Assembly (NCBI GenBank): GCA_012411765.1
Contig: GCA_012411765.1_3031.1
DNA length: 64,000 nucleotides
From: a phage
Reading direction: 5' to 3' (one strand)
A program made the translations under genes and the position numbers. Numbering within the stretch: position 1 is the first letter of the stretch; every line of letters starts with the position of its first letter. The notes beneath the pieces were generated by a model. It worked only from the letters and a program-made list of their open reading frames with translations. It was not told the DNA's origin and did no database searches. This document shows, in pieces, positions 51,654 through 61,504 of this stretch.

Positions 51654-51936
51654 TTTCTTCTCGGTTAAATCGGTGTTTGCAATGACGACATTTATAACGA
51701 AGATTACTAGTCTGCCAATGGACCAATTGCACCTGTTCAGTTCCACATTCAGGGCAATTAGGAACGTTTTTAGAAGCCCTTTCGCGACGTTCAACCATAG
51801 CCATAATGGCATCCCATGCTGGAGGTTTAAAATCTAAATCGTCAGTAACTAGCAGTCCTTTATCAAACCCAGCGCATGGAGTCCATTCAGGAAAATCTGA
51901 AGCTTCTGCAATATCTTCTAATAGACGCTTTTTCAT
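51640..51936 (-). CDS. zinc-ribbon protein (98 aa, CPEC...CRHC)
   Basis: Two CxxC pairs read from translation. Confidence 0.45.
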
Positions 51937-52859
51937 TTCAATACCTCAATAGCATTACGTAAACCATTTGCTTTGGCGGTTAAAGCCTTAAGAACTTTAG
52001 TATGCTCTTCAATTTGTTTTTCAACCTCAATCAAACGAGCATTGAGATATTCGCGTTCTTCTTTCATAGTATCATTTCCATGATTGGGTTTTGGTGCAGA
52101 TTTAAATTCACTAGGGTCCTTTAATTTAATAACAAATTTAGTTTCAAACAGTGAAAGACCATAATTCGTATTATCATCAAAGGATTTGACTACATCCATA
52201 TCAGATAATAACACGCGCAAATTATAAGCCAAAGAACTAATAGTTTCATTGTGTTTATTAGCTTCGCGTGGTTTCATATACGGAAGATTTTTATATATCT
52301 CATGCGGAGCGCAAACGATAATTGACAATTCAAATTGTCCATTCTGGGACGATGGAGTGAATTTAGCCGTAACCCAGTCTTTTACATTCACATTAATAGT
52401 ACGGTTATCACCATGACAAAACAGTCTACGAGAATGCTTAAAAAGCATATTCACGTTATTATTGAATTCGTGTGAAAATTCACTAGCAAATTTTTCTTTA
52501 CTGTCTTTAGAAAACCATTCTTCTAAATAAGTTCTTTTCACGTCGTTAATAATATTAAATGTAACAACATTAGCATTTGTTACATTAGTCTCAATGTAGC
52601 TTGGATACATAAATTTTTTAACATTATTAACAGCTATCACAGAAGATAGTAATCGGGAACGTTTGAACCACTCTAGCAAAGAACCAAGAGAATGTGAATA
52701 TGCATTTTGTGTATCTTTACAAATATGGTTTTCCCATCCAATATAGTCTAAAAAATCACGAAGAATATTATTGATTACTGCTCTGTGTCCGATCTGATAA
52801 TTACGGTGTTTAGTAATAAGACTGTCAAAATAATCAATATAATGTTTACGAGTTTTCAT
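51933..52859 (-). CDS. paralog family protein A (about 308 aa) with C-terminal coiled coil
   Basis: Start MKTRKHY; shared internal motif and heptad-like C-terminus with the three following ORFs. Confidence 0.55.
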   Translation of the reverse strand: MKTRKHYIDYFDSLITKHRNYQIGHRAVINNILRDFLDYIGWENHICKDTQNAYSHSLGSLLEWFKRSRLLSSVIAVNNVKKFMYPSYIETNVTNANVVTFNIINDVKRTYLEEWFSKDSKEKFASEFSHEFNNNVNMLFKHSRRLFCHGDNRTINVNVKDWVTAKFTPSSQNGQFELSIIVCAPHEIYKNLPYMKPREANKHNETISSLAYNLRVLLSDMDVVKSFDDNTNYGLSLFETKFVIKLKDPSEFKSAPKPNHGNDTMKEEREYLNARLIEVEKQIEEHTKVLKALTAKANGLRNAIEVLK

Positions 52860-52911
52860 GTTCTTCTCACTTGGTGAATGATTTATACTCCGAGCCATCC
52901 TTGGCTTTAAA

Positions 52912-53913
52912 TTACTTAATTAACTGTAAAGCTTGTTCAAGACGATCCAGGCGATTAACAGATTCTTCCCAAATCCTTTTAGCCTGCTCATATTCTTTCT
53001 GCGCTTTATTAGAAATTTCTAGAACTTCTTTATAAGCTTTTTCTAGTGCAATAACTTCTGGACGAATTTCTACCGGTTCAGGTGAATCATCAAGATTATC
53101 CATTAGTTCCTCAAGGGTAGTTTCTTCTTTAGGAGTATTCACAATTTCATCACATTTTTGTTGGTAAATTTCTTTATCAGTAGGTGAATAAGCACATTTC
53201 ACTTCACGAAGGCTAATTACGAGTTTATATCCTTCCCAACCGCATATATTTTTAAAAGGATATGTATGAATACTTTTTACAGTTTCCATACAGCCCAAAG
53301 CCGTCTCTAATTGATAAGTTATAGTGCTAGCAATTGAGAAAAATTTATTAATATTCTTTTGGTTAGCGTTTGGTGTAAAAAATCCATAATTCACAAAAAT
53401 AGCTACTTTATTTTCATCAAGCTCATATTCTTTTACGATAATCATATCAGAAGCCAAAGGATGAATTTGACGATAATCGCCATAACATAATTTAGAAGCT
53501 GATTTTAGAATTTGTCCTTTGAAAAGTCTGAAATTACTAATCCAACGACGAGTAAAAATATTCTCAGGGTCTTCTTTATTATTAAGATGATAAGAATTAA
53601 CATCACCGAACCAATTATATCCTACTACATCTTTAGTTCGTTTAATTTCTTTCCCAAATTTACTAAGAATATCTCTGTTGACTAAGTATGAAAGAAGACG
53701 AGACCCTTTAAAGGTTTTCTTAATGTCATCTTTATCTGTACGACTAGAAATTTCACGAACTTCATGAATAAATTTGCCGGAAGAAACAATACTTGCATCA
53801 GTATTATTGAGCCATTGATTGATAATAGAAAGAACGCTATTTTGGCCAAACATCGGTATAGCTTTATCATCAATAACGCTATTGAATGATTTGATATATT
53901 CGTTACGAGTCAT
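52912..53913 (-). CDS. paralog family protein B (about 333 aa) with C-terminal coiled coil
   Basis: Start MTRNEYI; motif RRWISNFRLFKGQIL; own early promoter. Confidence 0.55.
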   Translation of the reverse strand: MTRNEYIKSFNSVIDDKAIPMFGQNSVLSIINQWLNNTDASIVSSGKFIHEVREISSRTDKDDIKKTFKGSRLLSYLVNRDILSKFGKEIKRTKDVVGYNWFGDVNSYHLNNKEDPENIFTRRWISNFRLFKGQILKSASKLCYGDYRQIHPLASDMIIVKEYELDENKVAIFVNYGFFTPNANQKNINKFFSIASTITYQLETALGCMETVKSIHTYPFKNICGWEGYKLVISLREVKCAYSPTDKEIYQQKCDEIVNTPKEETTLEELMDNLDDSPEPVEIRPEVIALEKAYKEVLEISNKAQKEYEQAKRIWEESVNRLDRLEQALQLIK

Positions 53914-53942
53914 AATAATCTCCTCAGTAGAAAGTAAGAACA

Positions 53943-53971
53943 TTATACCACATCCTTGTGGCAAAGTAAAC
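53943..53971 (-). promoter_or_regulatory. early promoter (-35 GTTTAC, spacer palindrome, -10 TATAAT), near-duplicate of 7897..7926
   Basis: Sequence acattataccacatccttgtggcaaagtaaac read directly. Confidence 0.55.
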
Positions 53972-54990
53972 TAGTTCAGTGCATTTAGTGCATTGTTCAG
54001 TTTAGAACGTTGCTTCGTGAGATTTTTGACTTTTTCTTGAGCTTTTTCTAGCATCTTTTCAGCTTCTAGCACTTCATTTGTCGCTTTAACGAGTTCATCA
54101 TCTACTGCCTTGATAGACTTCTCAATCGCATCCGCGTGCCATTTTTCAACAGGTTTAAGACTCGGATTTTCAATAGGAAGAAAATTCACTTTATTGAATT
54201 TCCATGCATCTTTATTGCCTGAACTATACATCCAAAATTTAGGATCGTTTGATGAGTAATTAGATAAATTTAAGTTATCTTGCACTTCCTGCTTTTTCTC
54301 TTGCGGGACTTCGTCCTTTCTCAAAAAATCGTATTTAAATGAAACGATCATATCAAGTTCATATGTTGTTGTATGTTCCCAATTTCGCTCAAAACGAGGT
54401 AAAATCTTAGAATGAACAGCGGCAACAACATCCATATACTTAAATGCTTCTGTCAACTGCGATTTAAGGCATTCGCAAATTGAAAGAGAATTTTTTGTAT
54501 TAGGTTTAAAGCTAATTCGTGCAGTTCTGTTATTTTCTTTTAATGGTCTTACTTCCATCTGAAGAGTATAACCATCAAATTTCAGGTTCTTTAAGTTAAT
54601 GTCAGAACCTTTTAATCGACTAGCCGTTGACAAAATTTGCTTTAATTGTTTACGGAATAGAGCAATAAATCTCCATTCAATACGATAATGATTTGGATTG
54701 AAAAATCCAGATGATAAATCGACCTTACTCTGACCAACACCTTGAACAAATAGAGGATTTTTATAATCAATAGTTTTACAGAAATCGGTGAGCTGCTCAC
54801 GAGCAGTCATTTGTGTAATATACCCCGCTTTACTAAAATGACGTAACCATTCACTGCTATTCATATATTTAAAGTGAATATCACGATTAACTTTATCAGG
54901 GTCTAAATTATTTTGGCACAAAAATGTCATAACATCACGAGTATAGCTGGCATTACGAACCATATCTTCAATTTGAGAACGAGTTTTCAT
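53971..54990 (-). CDS. paralog family protein C (339 aa) with C-terminal coiled coil
   Basis: Start MKTRSQI; motif IEWRFIALFRKQLKQIL. Confidence 0.55.
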   Translation of the reverse strand: MKTRSQIEDMVRNASYTRDVMTFLCQNNLDPDKVNRDIHFKYMNSSEWLRHFSKAGYITQMTAREQLTDFCKTIDYKNPLFVQGVGQSKVDLSSGFFNPNHYRIEWRFIALFRKQLKQILSTASRLKGSDINLKNLKFDGYTLQMEVRPLKENNRTARISFKPNTKNSLSICECLKSQLTEAFKYMDVVAAVHSKILPRFERNWEHTTTYELDMIVSFKYDFLRKDEVPQEKKQEVQDNLNLSNYSSNDPKFWMYSSGNKDAWKFNKVNFLPIENPSLKPVEKWHADAIEKSIKAVDDELVKATNEVLEAEKMLEKAQEKVKNLTKQRSKLNNALNALN

Positions 54991-54998
54991 GGTGTTCC

Positions 54999-55907
54999 TT
55001 AAGATTTAAGTAAATCAACAATTTTAATTAATTTTTCACGTTCAGATTTAGCTTTACTACTCAGTCCAGATAGTCTGAAAATTTCATCGTCATATTGTTG
55101 AATAGAAATATTCAGCTCTTCAATTTGCTTATTAAAATAATCAATTTGTTCAGAATGTTTTTCATTACTACGAACTGATACAGGGTTTGTAGGCAATTTA
55201 GTTAAACTGGATTCATTCGGGCGATAAATTAAAATGCAATTTGAACCAATCGGGCATTTAGCACCAGATGAATATTCTAACGTTCCAGCTTCTTTTAAAA
55301 CTTCAAAAGCTAAACAGAGATGATGCCCCATATTGACATAATCTGTAGAGTGAGCTCTGACATAATAATCATCTCCACGAGTACTAAATTTAAAGCATTT
55401 AAGGTCTTCTGTATTATTAGTTTTAAAAATCATTTGTTTATCTAGACCTTTAGCTAATCGAGCGCCTAATGCTAATAATCGTCGTTGATTTTCCCACAAA
55501 TCCGCAATCATTTGGTCAAATGATAATTTTGGCATTAGTCGACCATAAAGGTCATATCCTTTATTATAATTACGAAGGATTTCACTCGCGTTAATACGAG
55601 ACAACGCTCCAATTTTATTAAGGGCTTTCATGATGCGATTAGATAAACCCATTCCAGACCCGTTTGTTCGTTGTAAATGTTTATCTAATCCAAACCCAAT
55701 ATCAACTTTAAATTTATCTAAAATTTCAGCATGAACATCTCTGTCAATAACATTCAAATCCAAAGTTGGGTTAAATCTATGAAAAAATTTATCTGGCTCT
55801 CCACGACGAAGTACAGTCCATTCATTCAATTTTTTATTAACTAAAGATTTAATTACTGCATTGACATTATTAATTACTACTGACATATTTTCCTCACTCA
55901 ATTTCAA
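54999..55907 (-). CDS. paralog family protein D (302 aa) with C-terminal coiled coil
   Basis: Motif LWENQRRLLAL; heptad-like C-terminus. Confidence 0.5.
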   Translation of the reverse strand: MKLSEENMSVVINNVNAVIKSLVNKKLNEWTVLRRGEPDKFFHRFNPTLDLNVIDRDVHAEILDKFKVDIGFGLDKHLQRTNGSGMGLSNRIMKALNKIGALSRINASEILRNYNKGYDLYGRLMPKLSFDQMIADLWENQRRLLALGARLAKGLDKQMIFKTNNTEDLKCFKFSTRGDDYYVRAHSTDYVNMGHHLCLAFEVLKEAGTLEYSSGAKCPIGSNCILIYRPNESSLTKLPTNPVSVRSNEKHSEQIDYFNKQIEELNISIQQYDDEIFRLSGLSSKAKSEREKLIKIVDLLKS

Positions 55908-56301
55908 TTTTACTAAATATACAGAATAAGATGGAACAGACTATATAAGCACCACACACAGATTGAACTAATACCATTCCAAAGAACCAAACAATATTAT
56001 CAAACAATGTCTGTTTTACGTCGAAAGGACGTAAACTTACAGTAATATTATCACCTTTTTCTATTGATGAATACATCTCCGGTGAAATATATTCGCTAAA
56101 TCTATAACCGTCTTTGAGTTCATATACAGCAATAAACGATAAACTAGACCCCTTTCCTTGAGTTCCTGTAAGGGTATTAACTACAGTAACATCATAATCT
56201 TTATAATGCATATAATCATTAATTGCGTAATAACCATATGCAACTACTACACATAAACAACATATCAATAAATTCAATCTTTTAATTATCAACTGTTTCA
56301 T
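55894..56301 (-). CDS. membrane protein (135 aa)
   Basis: N- and C-terminal hydrophobic segments. Confidence 0.45.
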   Translation of the reverse strand: MKQLIIKRLNLLICCLCVVVAYGYYAINDYMHYKDYDVTVVNTLTGTQGKGSSLSFIAVYELKDGYRFSEYISPEMYSSIEKGDNITVSLRPFDVKQTLFDNIVWFFGMVLVQSVCGAYIVCSILFCIFSKIEIE

Positions 56302-56356
56302 AATAATCTCAATTAAAAGGGCTTAGAACCATTATACCATCCTTGGTATAAAGCGG

Positions 56357-56884
56357 TTATGCGAGTACCGTCTTTAACCGTTCTTCAAACTTCCGAAGAG
56401 TATTTTGGCGTTCAGCTCTTTGCTTTTTGTAAGTTTCAATACGCTCTGAAATGAGAGTGTATCGTTCATTTACTGATTCTTTCATAAAATCAGGAATTTC
56501 ACGAGAAGCTTTAATCTCATCAAATTTATCAATAACAGCTTGCTCTTCAGCAATTAAGTTATCATACATTAAAATATCTTTCTTGATGAACTCAATATCT
56601 TCTTGAGTTACACGAGATAATTTAGATGCTTTATCCTTTTTGTACTGTTCGTTAGTATCACGAGACCAGTGTAATGTACGATTTTTATTCGTATTCTTGT
56701 AAATTTCTACAATACCGATCTCATCAATAATAACGATCCAATTCCAACAGGATTTGTAAATTTGTCCTCCATCAACAGTGATTTCACCTCCGATTGAGAT
56801 GTCATTAAAGAACTTGCTTTGCGCTTCAGATTTAAATTTACCATCATTGTAATTTACCAGGTTGAAAATATCTTTAGCGTTCAT
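56357..56884 (-). CDS. hypothetical protein (175 aa from internal Met)
   Basis: Track N-terminal extension is translated promoter-leader repeat; real start MNAKDIFNLV. Confidence 0.5.
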   Translation of the reverse strand: MNAKDIFNLVNYNDGKFKSEAQSKFFNDISIGGEITVDGGQIYKSCWNWIVIIDEIGIVEIYKNTNKNRTLHWSRDTNEQYKKDKASKLSRVTQEDIEFIKKDILMYDNLIAEEQAVIDKFDEIKASREIPDFMKESVNERYTLISERIETYKKQRAERQNTLRKFEERLKTVLA

Positions 56885-56935
56885 TTTGTATTCCTCCGTA
56901 GTTGATAGTTGTATAGTACCACAGAGGAACGGTCT
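56885..56935 (-). promoter_or_regulatory. promoter-leader cassette copy
   Basis: gtagttgatagttgtatagtaccacagaggaacggtcttgtaaac read directly. Confidence 0.5.
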
Positions 56936-56944
56936 TGTAAACAA

Positions 56945-57259
56945 CTAAAAGAAACTTCTTTCACAATTTTTTCCACTGAACCAGGCGCTCACTGCTTTCT
57001 TAGTCTCAGGAGCAGTGTTATCCATAAACCATTCAAAGGCAGCCTTTTTATGATTCTGGAGGGCTTCTCGGGCTTTAATCTGCTCACGGTCTATTAACAC
57101 TAACATATGAGCCTTTCTTGTCACCATGGGCTTCTTATGATTTTTTGAATACTCCCAATCATTTGTCCATCGCATTGTTGTTGCGAACTGAAATACTGCT
57201 TCTTTAATTTTAGTTTCGTAAATTTCACGAGCCTTTGAGTATAACATCACTACCTCCAT
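56945..57259 (-). CDS. hypothetical protein (104 aa)
   Basis: ORF in array. Confidence 0.45.
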   Translation of the reverse strand: MEVVMLYSKAREIYETKIKEAVFQFATTMRWTNDWEYSKNHKKPMVTRKAHMLVLIDREQIKAREALQNHKKAAFEWFMDNTAPETKKAVSAWFSGKNCERSFF

Positions 57260-57348
57260 TTACCAGTTTAATTCTAGTCATCTTTTTGATGGCAGTCCAT
57301 ATAATCTATTTCTGAACTGCCTTTTTGTCATAGAAGTCCTCTTATGAA

Positions 57349-58317
57349 TTATTTCAGAAGAGTAACCTCAGCAATTTCTTCCCAACCGTTTTTGTCGGTC
57401 ATAATAAAGTCAGCAAGATAAAGTGCAGTACGCAGTGAAACATTGCGTAAACGGTTAACATTGACTTTCATCCATGATAATGCTTTATAAGTTTCTTCAT
57501 CAGAAAGACCGCGCTTTTGCATCATGTCGGTTGAAAGAATAACATCTTCAACCCTAACCATAATTTCTTCATTAGTGTGAACACCCAAATCCAAATAAAC
57601 TGAGCGGGACACTAATGCTTGTAAATGTGGAGCAAGTTTAGTACCACGGTCTAATTCGCGGTCAATATCAACGTTTGTAATAAAAACAATCGTTCCTTTA
57701 AATTCAAACTCACGGTCAATGCCTTTTTCTTCTAAGTAAGAAGATGCAGTGCTCCAGCAGACTTTACGGGTCTCTCCAGTGTCCAGAGCAGCTTTCAGAA
57801 GATTAAGAATGTCCATATCAGAGAAAACATCCACATCATCAATCAAAAGGACAGAATTCTCTTCACGATTATTCCAAAGCTGCTCATAAAGACCGATACC
57901 AGAGATTTTACCATTAATGCTTTTATACTCAATGTATCCAATATCATTTGCTTTATTTAAAGCTTTATCTAAAGAATACGTTTTACCAATACCTGCTGCT
58001 CCCGAGATAATTAATGAACGAATGTTTCCGTTAATAATACCATTCGTCATCATTCCCATAACATTAAATCTTTTATTAATGCGGGTTTTCATATCTTCAT
58101 ACGATTCTTTAACTTCTTCAACTTTTACACCATCATATGAAATGTCTGATTTGTAAACCCAAACACCGCGACGTTTACCGTCAATTTCAACAAAAACTTT
58201 ACCATCTCCTTGCGCATCTACCGGAGCATTATCTGGGAACCATTCGCCTAAGAGCTCAAAAGTTCCAGAGATTTCTTTACCGAAGTAGATACCCTTATTG
58301 ATAGTTACAGTTTTCAT
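57349..58317 (-). CDS. P-loop (AAA-like) ATPase, about 322 aa
   Basis: Walker A GAAGIGKT, Walker B LLIDDVD; start MKTVTINKG after promoter-leader cassette. Confidence 0.6.
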   Translation of the reverse strand: MKTVTINKGIYFGKEISGTFELLGEWFPDNAPVDAQGDGKVFVEIDGKRRGVWVYKSDISYDGVKVEEVKESYEDMKTRINKRFNVMGMMTNGIINGNIRSLIISGAAGIGKTYSLDKALNKANDIGYIEYKSINGKISGIGLYEQLWNNREENSVLLIDDVDVFSDMDILNLLKAALDTGETRKVCWSTASSYLEEKGIDREFEFKGTIVFITNVDIDRELDRGTKLAPHLQALVSRSVYLDLGVHTNEEIMVRVEDVILSTDMMQKRGLSDEETYKALSWMKVNVNRLRNVSLRTALYLADFIMTDKNGWEEIAEVTLLK

Positions 58318-58380
58318 TTTATTCTCCAAATCCGTATCAGTTGATAGTTGTATAGTACCATAAAGCTTTATGCTTGTAAA
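58318..58380 (-). promoter_or_regulatory. promoter-leader cassette copy
   Basis: Near-identical to 31625..31687. Confidence 0.5.
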
Positions 58381-58412
58381 CCGTTTTGTGAAAAAATTTT
58401 TGAAATAAAAAA

Positions 58413-58430
58413 GGGAGCCCGAAGGCTCCC
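58413..58430 (-). terminator. hairpin GGGAGCC-CGAA-GGCTCCC followed by T-run (minus strand)
   Basis: Inverted repeat immediately downstream of the nucleotidyltransferase-fold ORF. Confidence 0.5.
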
Positions 58431-58432
58431 TA

Positions 58433-59446
58433 TCATTTATAATAACTTCGATGGTTTTCAAGATAAACCCTCTCAAGGAAGTCATCCCAGAAACCCATGT
58501 CTACTTTTTGCTGCATACCGTTCTTAGAAGCTTCAATGGATGCTGCTTCTACTTGATCGACCACATCTTCCAAAAACTCTTGAACAGTTTTAAATGGGTG
58601 TTTACCCAACTTCACGTCGAGAATAAATGGAGCGTCTTGAAGTGGATAGACTAAGTCACCAGTTTTGTAAATTTCCAATAGTTGGAGTCCACCACGACAA
58701 GCATGACTCAGAGCTTTCCAGTCAATGCCCTCATTCGCTTCAGCTTTACGAGCACGTTCGCCGTATTCAGCATCAAGTTTATTCAAAGACTGCTTAAGCT
58801 CAATAAGAGAAAGCGTTGTCTGATATTTACGACCCAACACAGTGTAAAACGTTTGTGGACCTGTTTTCTCATGATTATGGAACACCCATTCACAGAATTC
58901 GTTTTCTGGAAGACGATGCTTAATATCTTCAACTTTAGTACGACGCTGCTTAATGGAACCGTCTTCTTGGTAATCAACCCATTGCTCAGGGATTTGATTA
59001 ACTACTTTCAATACATCGCGTAATGCAGCCAAACGAGAACCCTTGACGCCGTATTTAGAAGCTTGCTTGCGGACATATCCTAAATAGGATTTCATGTTAG
59101 TCGTATAAAAACGAGAACGGTTGTCTTGAATAAACTTCCACACATCAGGCAAATCTGATTTAACTACTAGCTCAGGTGGAGTGTGAAGCATATCCAATGC
59201 TACGGTTTCACCATCTGCTGCTAATTTAAAGAAATACTTAAGACTATACAATTCGTGGTCAATATCATCTTTAGTGTTTTTAGATGATGTGTTGTTGGTA
59301 TTTTTACTCATATGCTCTTTAACATTTCCGATAAGAATATCACGAGCAGGAGGAACAAAGATTTCTTTAAAATCTACATCAGATTCTGGGGTAGAAGTTC
59401 CATAAAGATGACTACCAAAATAGCTTTTCATTACTGTTTTCATCAT
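58433..59446 (-). CDS. nucleotidyltransferase-fold protein (Pol-beta superfamily signature), 337 aa
   Basis: N-terminal FGSHLYGTSTPESDVDF fits G[GS]x(9-13)Dh[DE]h; start overlaps upstream membrane ORF. Confidence 0.55.
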   Translation of the reverse strand: MMKTVMKSYFGSHLYGTSTPESDVDFKEIFVPPARDILIGNVKEHMSKNTNNTSSKNTKDDIDHELYSLKYFFKLAADGETVALDMLHTPPELVVKSDLPDVWKFIQDNRSRFYTTNMKSYLGYVRKQASKYGVKGSRLAALRDVLKVVNQIPEQWVDYQEDGSIKQRRTKVEDIKHRLPENEFCEWVFHNHEKTGPQTFYTVLGRKYQTTLSLIELKQSLNKLDAEYGERARKAEANEGIDWKALSHACRGGLQLLEIYKTGDLVYPLQDAPFILDVKLGKHPFKTVQEFLEDVVDQVEAASIEASKNGMQQKVDMGFWDDFLERVYLENHRSYYK

Positions 59447-59904
59447 TCAGCCTTATATTCAATAACAGGACATACTTTAGCTTTACGAGCTTTTAAAAAT
59501 TCAACGATAATCGATTTCTTGGGTTGAATAGGAGGTAAACCTTTATACGCCCTATCAATATTTTCTACGTGTAAAGCATAATCCTTTTTCCATTTATAAT
59601 CTTTATATTTTTCACGCAAATGTGCAGGAATAACAAATGAACCGATAATAAGTAAAACAACCAAAAGCGCAAGTATAAATGCCGATGGAAGAAGAGTCCA
59701 TAAACTACCGAAAATAAGCCAACGTTGTAGGCTTTCTGCACAAATAATTGTTAGCCCTACGAGTATAGCACATCCAAAAATAGAAACGAAAAATGCAGGA
59801 ATGGCAATAGACCAAAAATATGCGCATAGTGTCTTAGGTCGTTGCCATTCATCGTTAAACAATTTGAATAATTTATAATGCCAAGAGTTTTCATTAATAA
59901 TCAT
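59443..59904 (-). CDS. membrane protein (153 aa, multiple TM segments)
   Basis: Hydrophobic segments read from translation. Confidence 0.5.
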   Translation of the reverse strand: MIINENSWHYKLFKLFNDEWQRPKTLCAYFWSIAIPAFFVSIFGCAILVGLTIICAESLQRWLIFGSLWTLLPSAFILALLVVLLIIGSFVIPAHLREKYKDYKWKKDYALHVENIDRAYKGLPPIQPKKSIIVEFLKARKAKVCPVIEYKAE

Positions 59905-59906
59905 AA

Positions 59907-60428
59907 TTATCCTTTCATTGAAGGCGTAACGGTTGTTAAATACTTAATCATAGCTTCAGCTTCTGATTTTGATAATGAAATTTCTCCATTGTTTTGACGA
60001 ATAGAAATAAAATCCGGATGACGGTCACCACCAGCTTTTAAAACACACATATAAGTATCAGTTTCACCTTCAATATTTGAAATGATTGAAGCAGTTCCGC
60101 ATGAATGTGGTTTTTGATAAATCAATACAGCTTTTCTTCCGCCATTTGACTGCTCATAGGCTTTTAATACATCAAACAAATCAGTTCTTTTATCGATAGC
60201 TAAAATGTTATTTTCATCTTCAATGTTAAATCCTTCGGATACTTTATAAAGTGTTACCCATAAATCACCAATGTCAATAACAGCATTTACTTTTCCACGG
60301 CTTTCAAGAGTATGACAAATTTTCTTGATTTCGTCATAACTCATTTTAATAATATCATCTCCTTGACTAAGGAAGATGTCATTTTCAAATTCAACACGAA
60401 TTAAACCACTTCCACTTGAAATAAACAT
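59907..60428 (-). CDS. hypothetical protein (173 aa), paralog of next ORF
   Basis: Shared motifs GFNIEDEN versus GFNIESES and C-terminal YLTTVTPSMKG versus YLDSVIPTMISK. Confidence 0.45.
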   Translation of the reverse strand: MFISSGSGLIRVEFENDIFLSQGDDIIKMSYDEIKKICHTLESRGKVNAVIDIGDLWVTLYKVSEGFNIEDENNILAIDKRTDLFDVLKAYEQSNGGRKAVLIYQKPHSCGTASIISNIEGETDTYMCVLKAGGDRHPDFISIRQNNGEISLSKSEAEAMIKYLTTVTPSMKG

Positions 60429-60434
60429 ATTTCC

Positions 60435-60980
60435 TCACTTTGAAATCATAGTTGGAATAACAGAATCAAGATAAGTCTTTAATGCAATAGCTTCGTCTTT
60501 GGTAAATGTGACAATATGCGCTCGAAAATCATCAATTTGACGAATAGTTAAGACATCTCCATCTTCATAACATTTTGATACGTTTAAAGCAGTTTCATCA
60601 TTCTGATCGCAAGCGTTAGTAATAATAGCATTGCAATTTTTAAGCCATTTTAAACTATGTTTTCTTTCATTAGAATAATAAAAATATTTAATCTTAGTTA
60701 TAAAATTATCCCAATTATTAATTGATAAGCATATTGACTCGCTTTCAATGTTAAATCCTGGGCATAAAGAATAAAAATGAATTTTATGCTCATCATTAAT
60801 GCTTACAATTTTATCAGTATAAGAATTTTCAATTTGGGTTAAATGAATAATTTCATTAGGAGTAAAATATAGCATATCGTCTTCTTGTGTCAAACGATAC
60901 ATATTATTTACTTTTTCTATAGCCAATTCACCAAAAAGTGAACTAACTTCTAATACTAATCGTTTCGCCTCGCTCATCAT
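60435..60980 (-). CDS. hypothetical protein (181 aa), paralog
   Basis: See previous. Confidence 0.45.
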   Translation of the reverse strand: MMSEAKRLVLEVSSLFGELAIEKVNNMYRLTQEDDMLYFTPNEIIHLTQIENSYTDKIVSINDEHKIHFYSLCPGFNIESESICLSINNWDNFITKIKYFYYSNERKHSLKWLKNCNAIITNACDQNDETALNVSKCYEDGDVLTIRQIDDFRAHIVTFTKDEAIALKTYLDSVIPTMISK

Positions 60981-61307
60981 TACATACTCCTCTGAATCAT
61001 ATCAATAATGTTGTTCACCAGATTATAAGTAAACATTGGGTAATTATATTGAATCATCACATACACAACAAACAAAACTTTCATTCTCTTCTCCTTGGCA
61101 GTTGACAAGATTACTATACCATAACCTTGCCAACTTGTAAACCATTAAATGACGTTTTCGATAAAATTCTGAAGCTTTGTATGAGCATCAACCATGATTT
61201 TCATTTCTTCCTTTGCGAAAGCTGTACCTCTTTCCCGAGCAGAATACTCATAGTCAGAAACTGCATTAGCATATTCTTCAATTAGCTTCATTAAAAACAT
61301 CTGCTTT

Positions 61308-61502
61308 TCAGTTTTCATTATTCCACCTAATCATTTCAAGATATTGAACTAACTTAGCTTTGGATTTATCCAAATCCTTTTTAGCTGCTTCTATACCGTC
61401 GTATGAATATCCTTCACAATGCTCAACTGCTAATTGATATGAATCTATTTCAATATCACGTGCTAATTTAATGATTTTTTCAAACTGTTCGCGCGTTAGC
61501 AT
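61308..61502 (-). CDS. hypothetical protein (64 aa)
   Basis: ORF in array. Confidence 0.35.
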   Translation of the reverse strand: MLTREQFEKIIKLARDIEIDSYQLAVEHCEGYSYDGIEAAKKDLDKSKAKLVQYLEMIRWNNEN

Positions 61503-61504
61503 AC

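Noticed and set aside
57349-58485. N-terminal extensions of track ORFs 2959..3207, 3316..3678, 56357..56944 and 57349..58485 containing GTIQLST(D/T)TDLE
   Set aside because: The shared peptide is the translation of the repeated promoter-leader DNA cassette; real starts are the internal Met codons just downstream of the leader.
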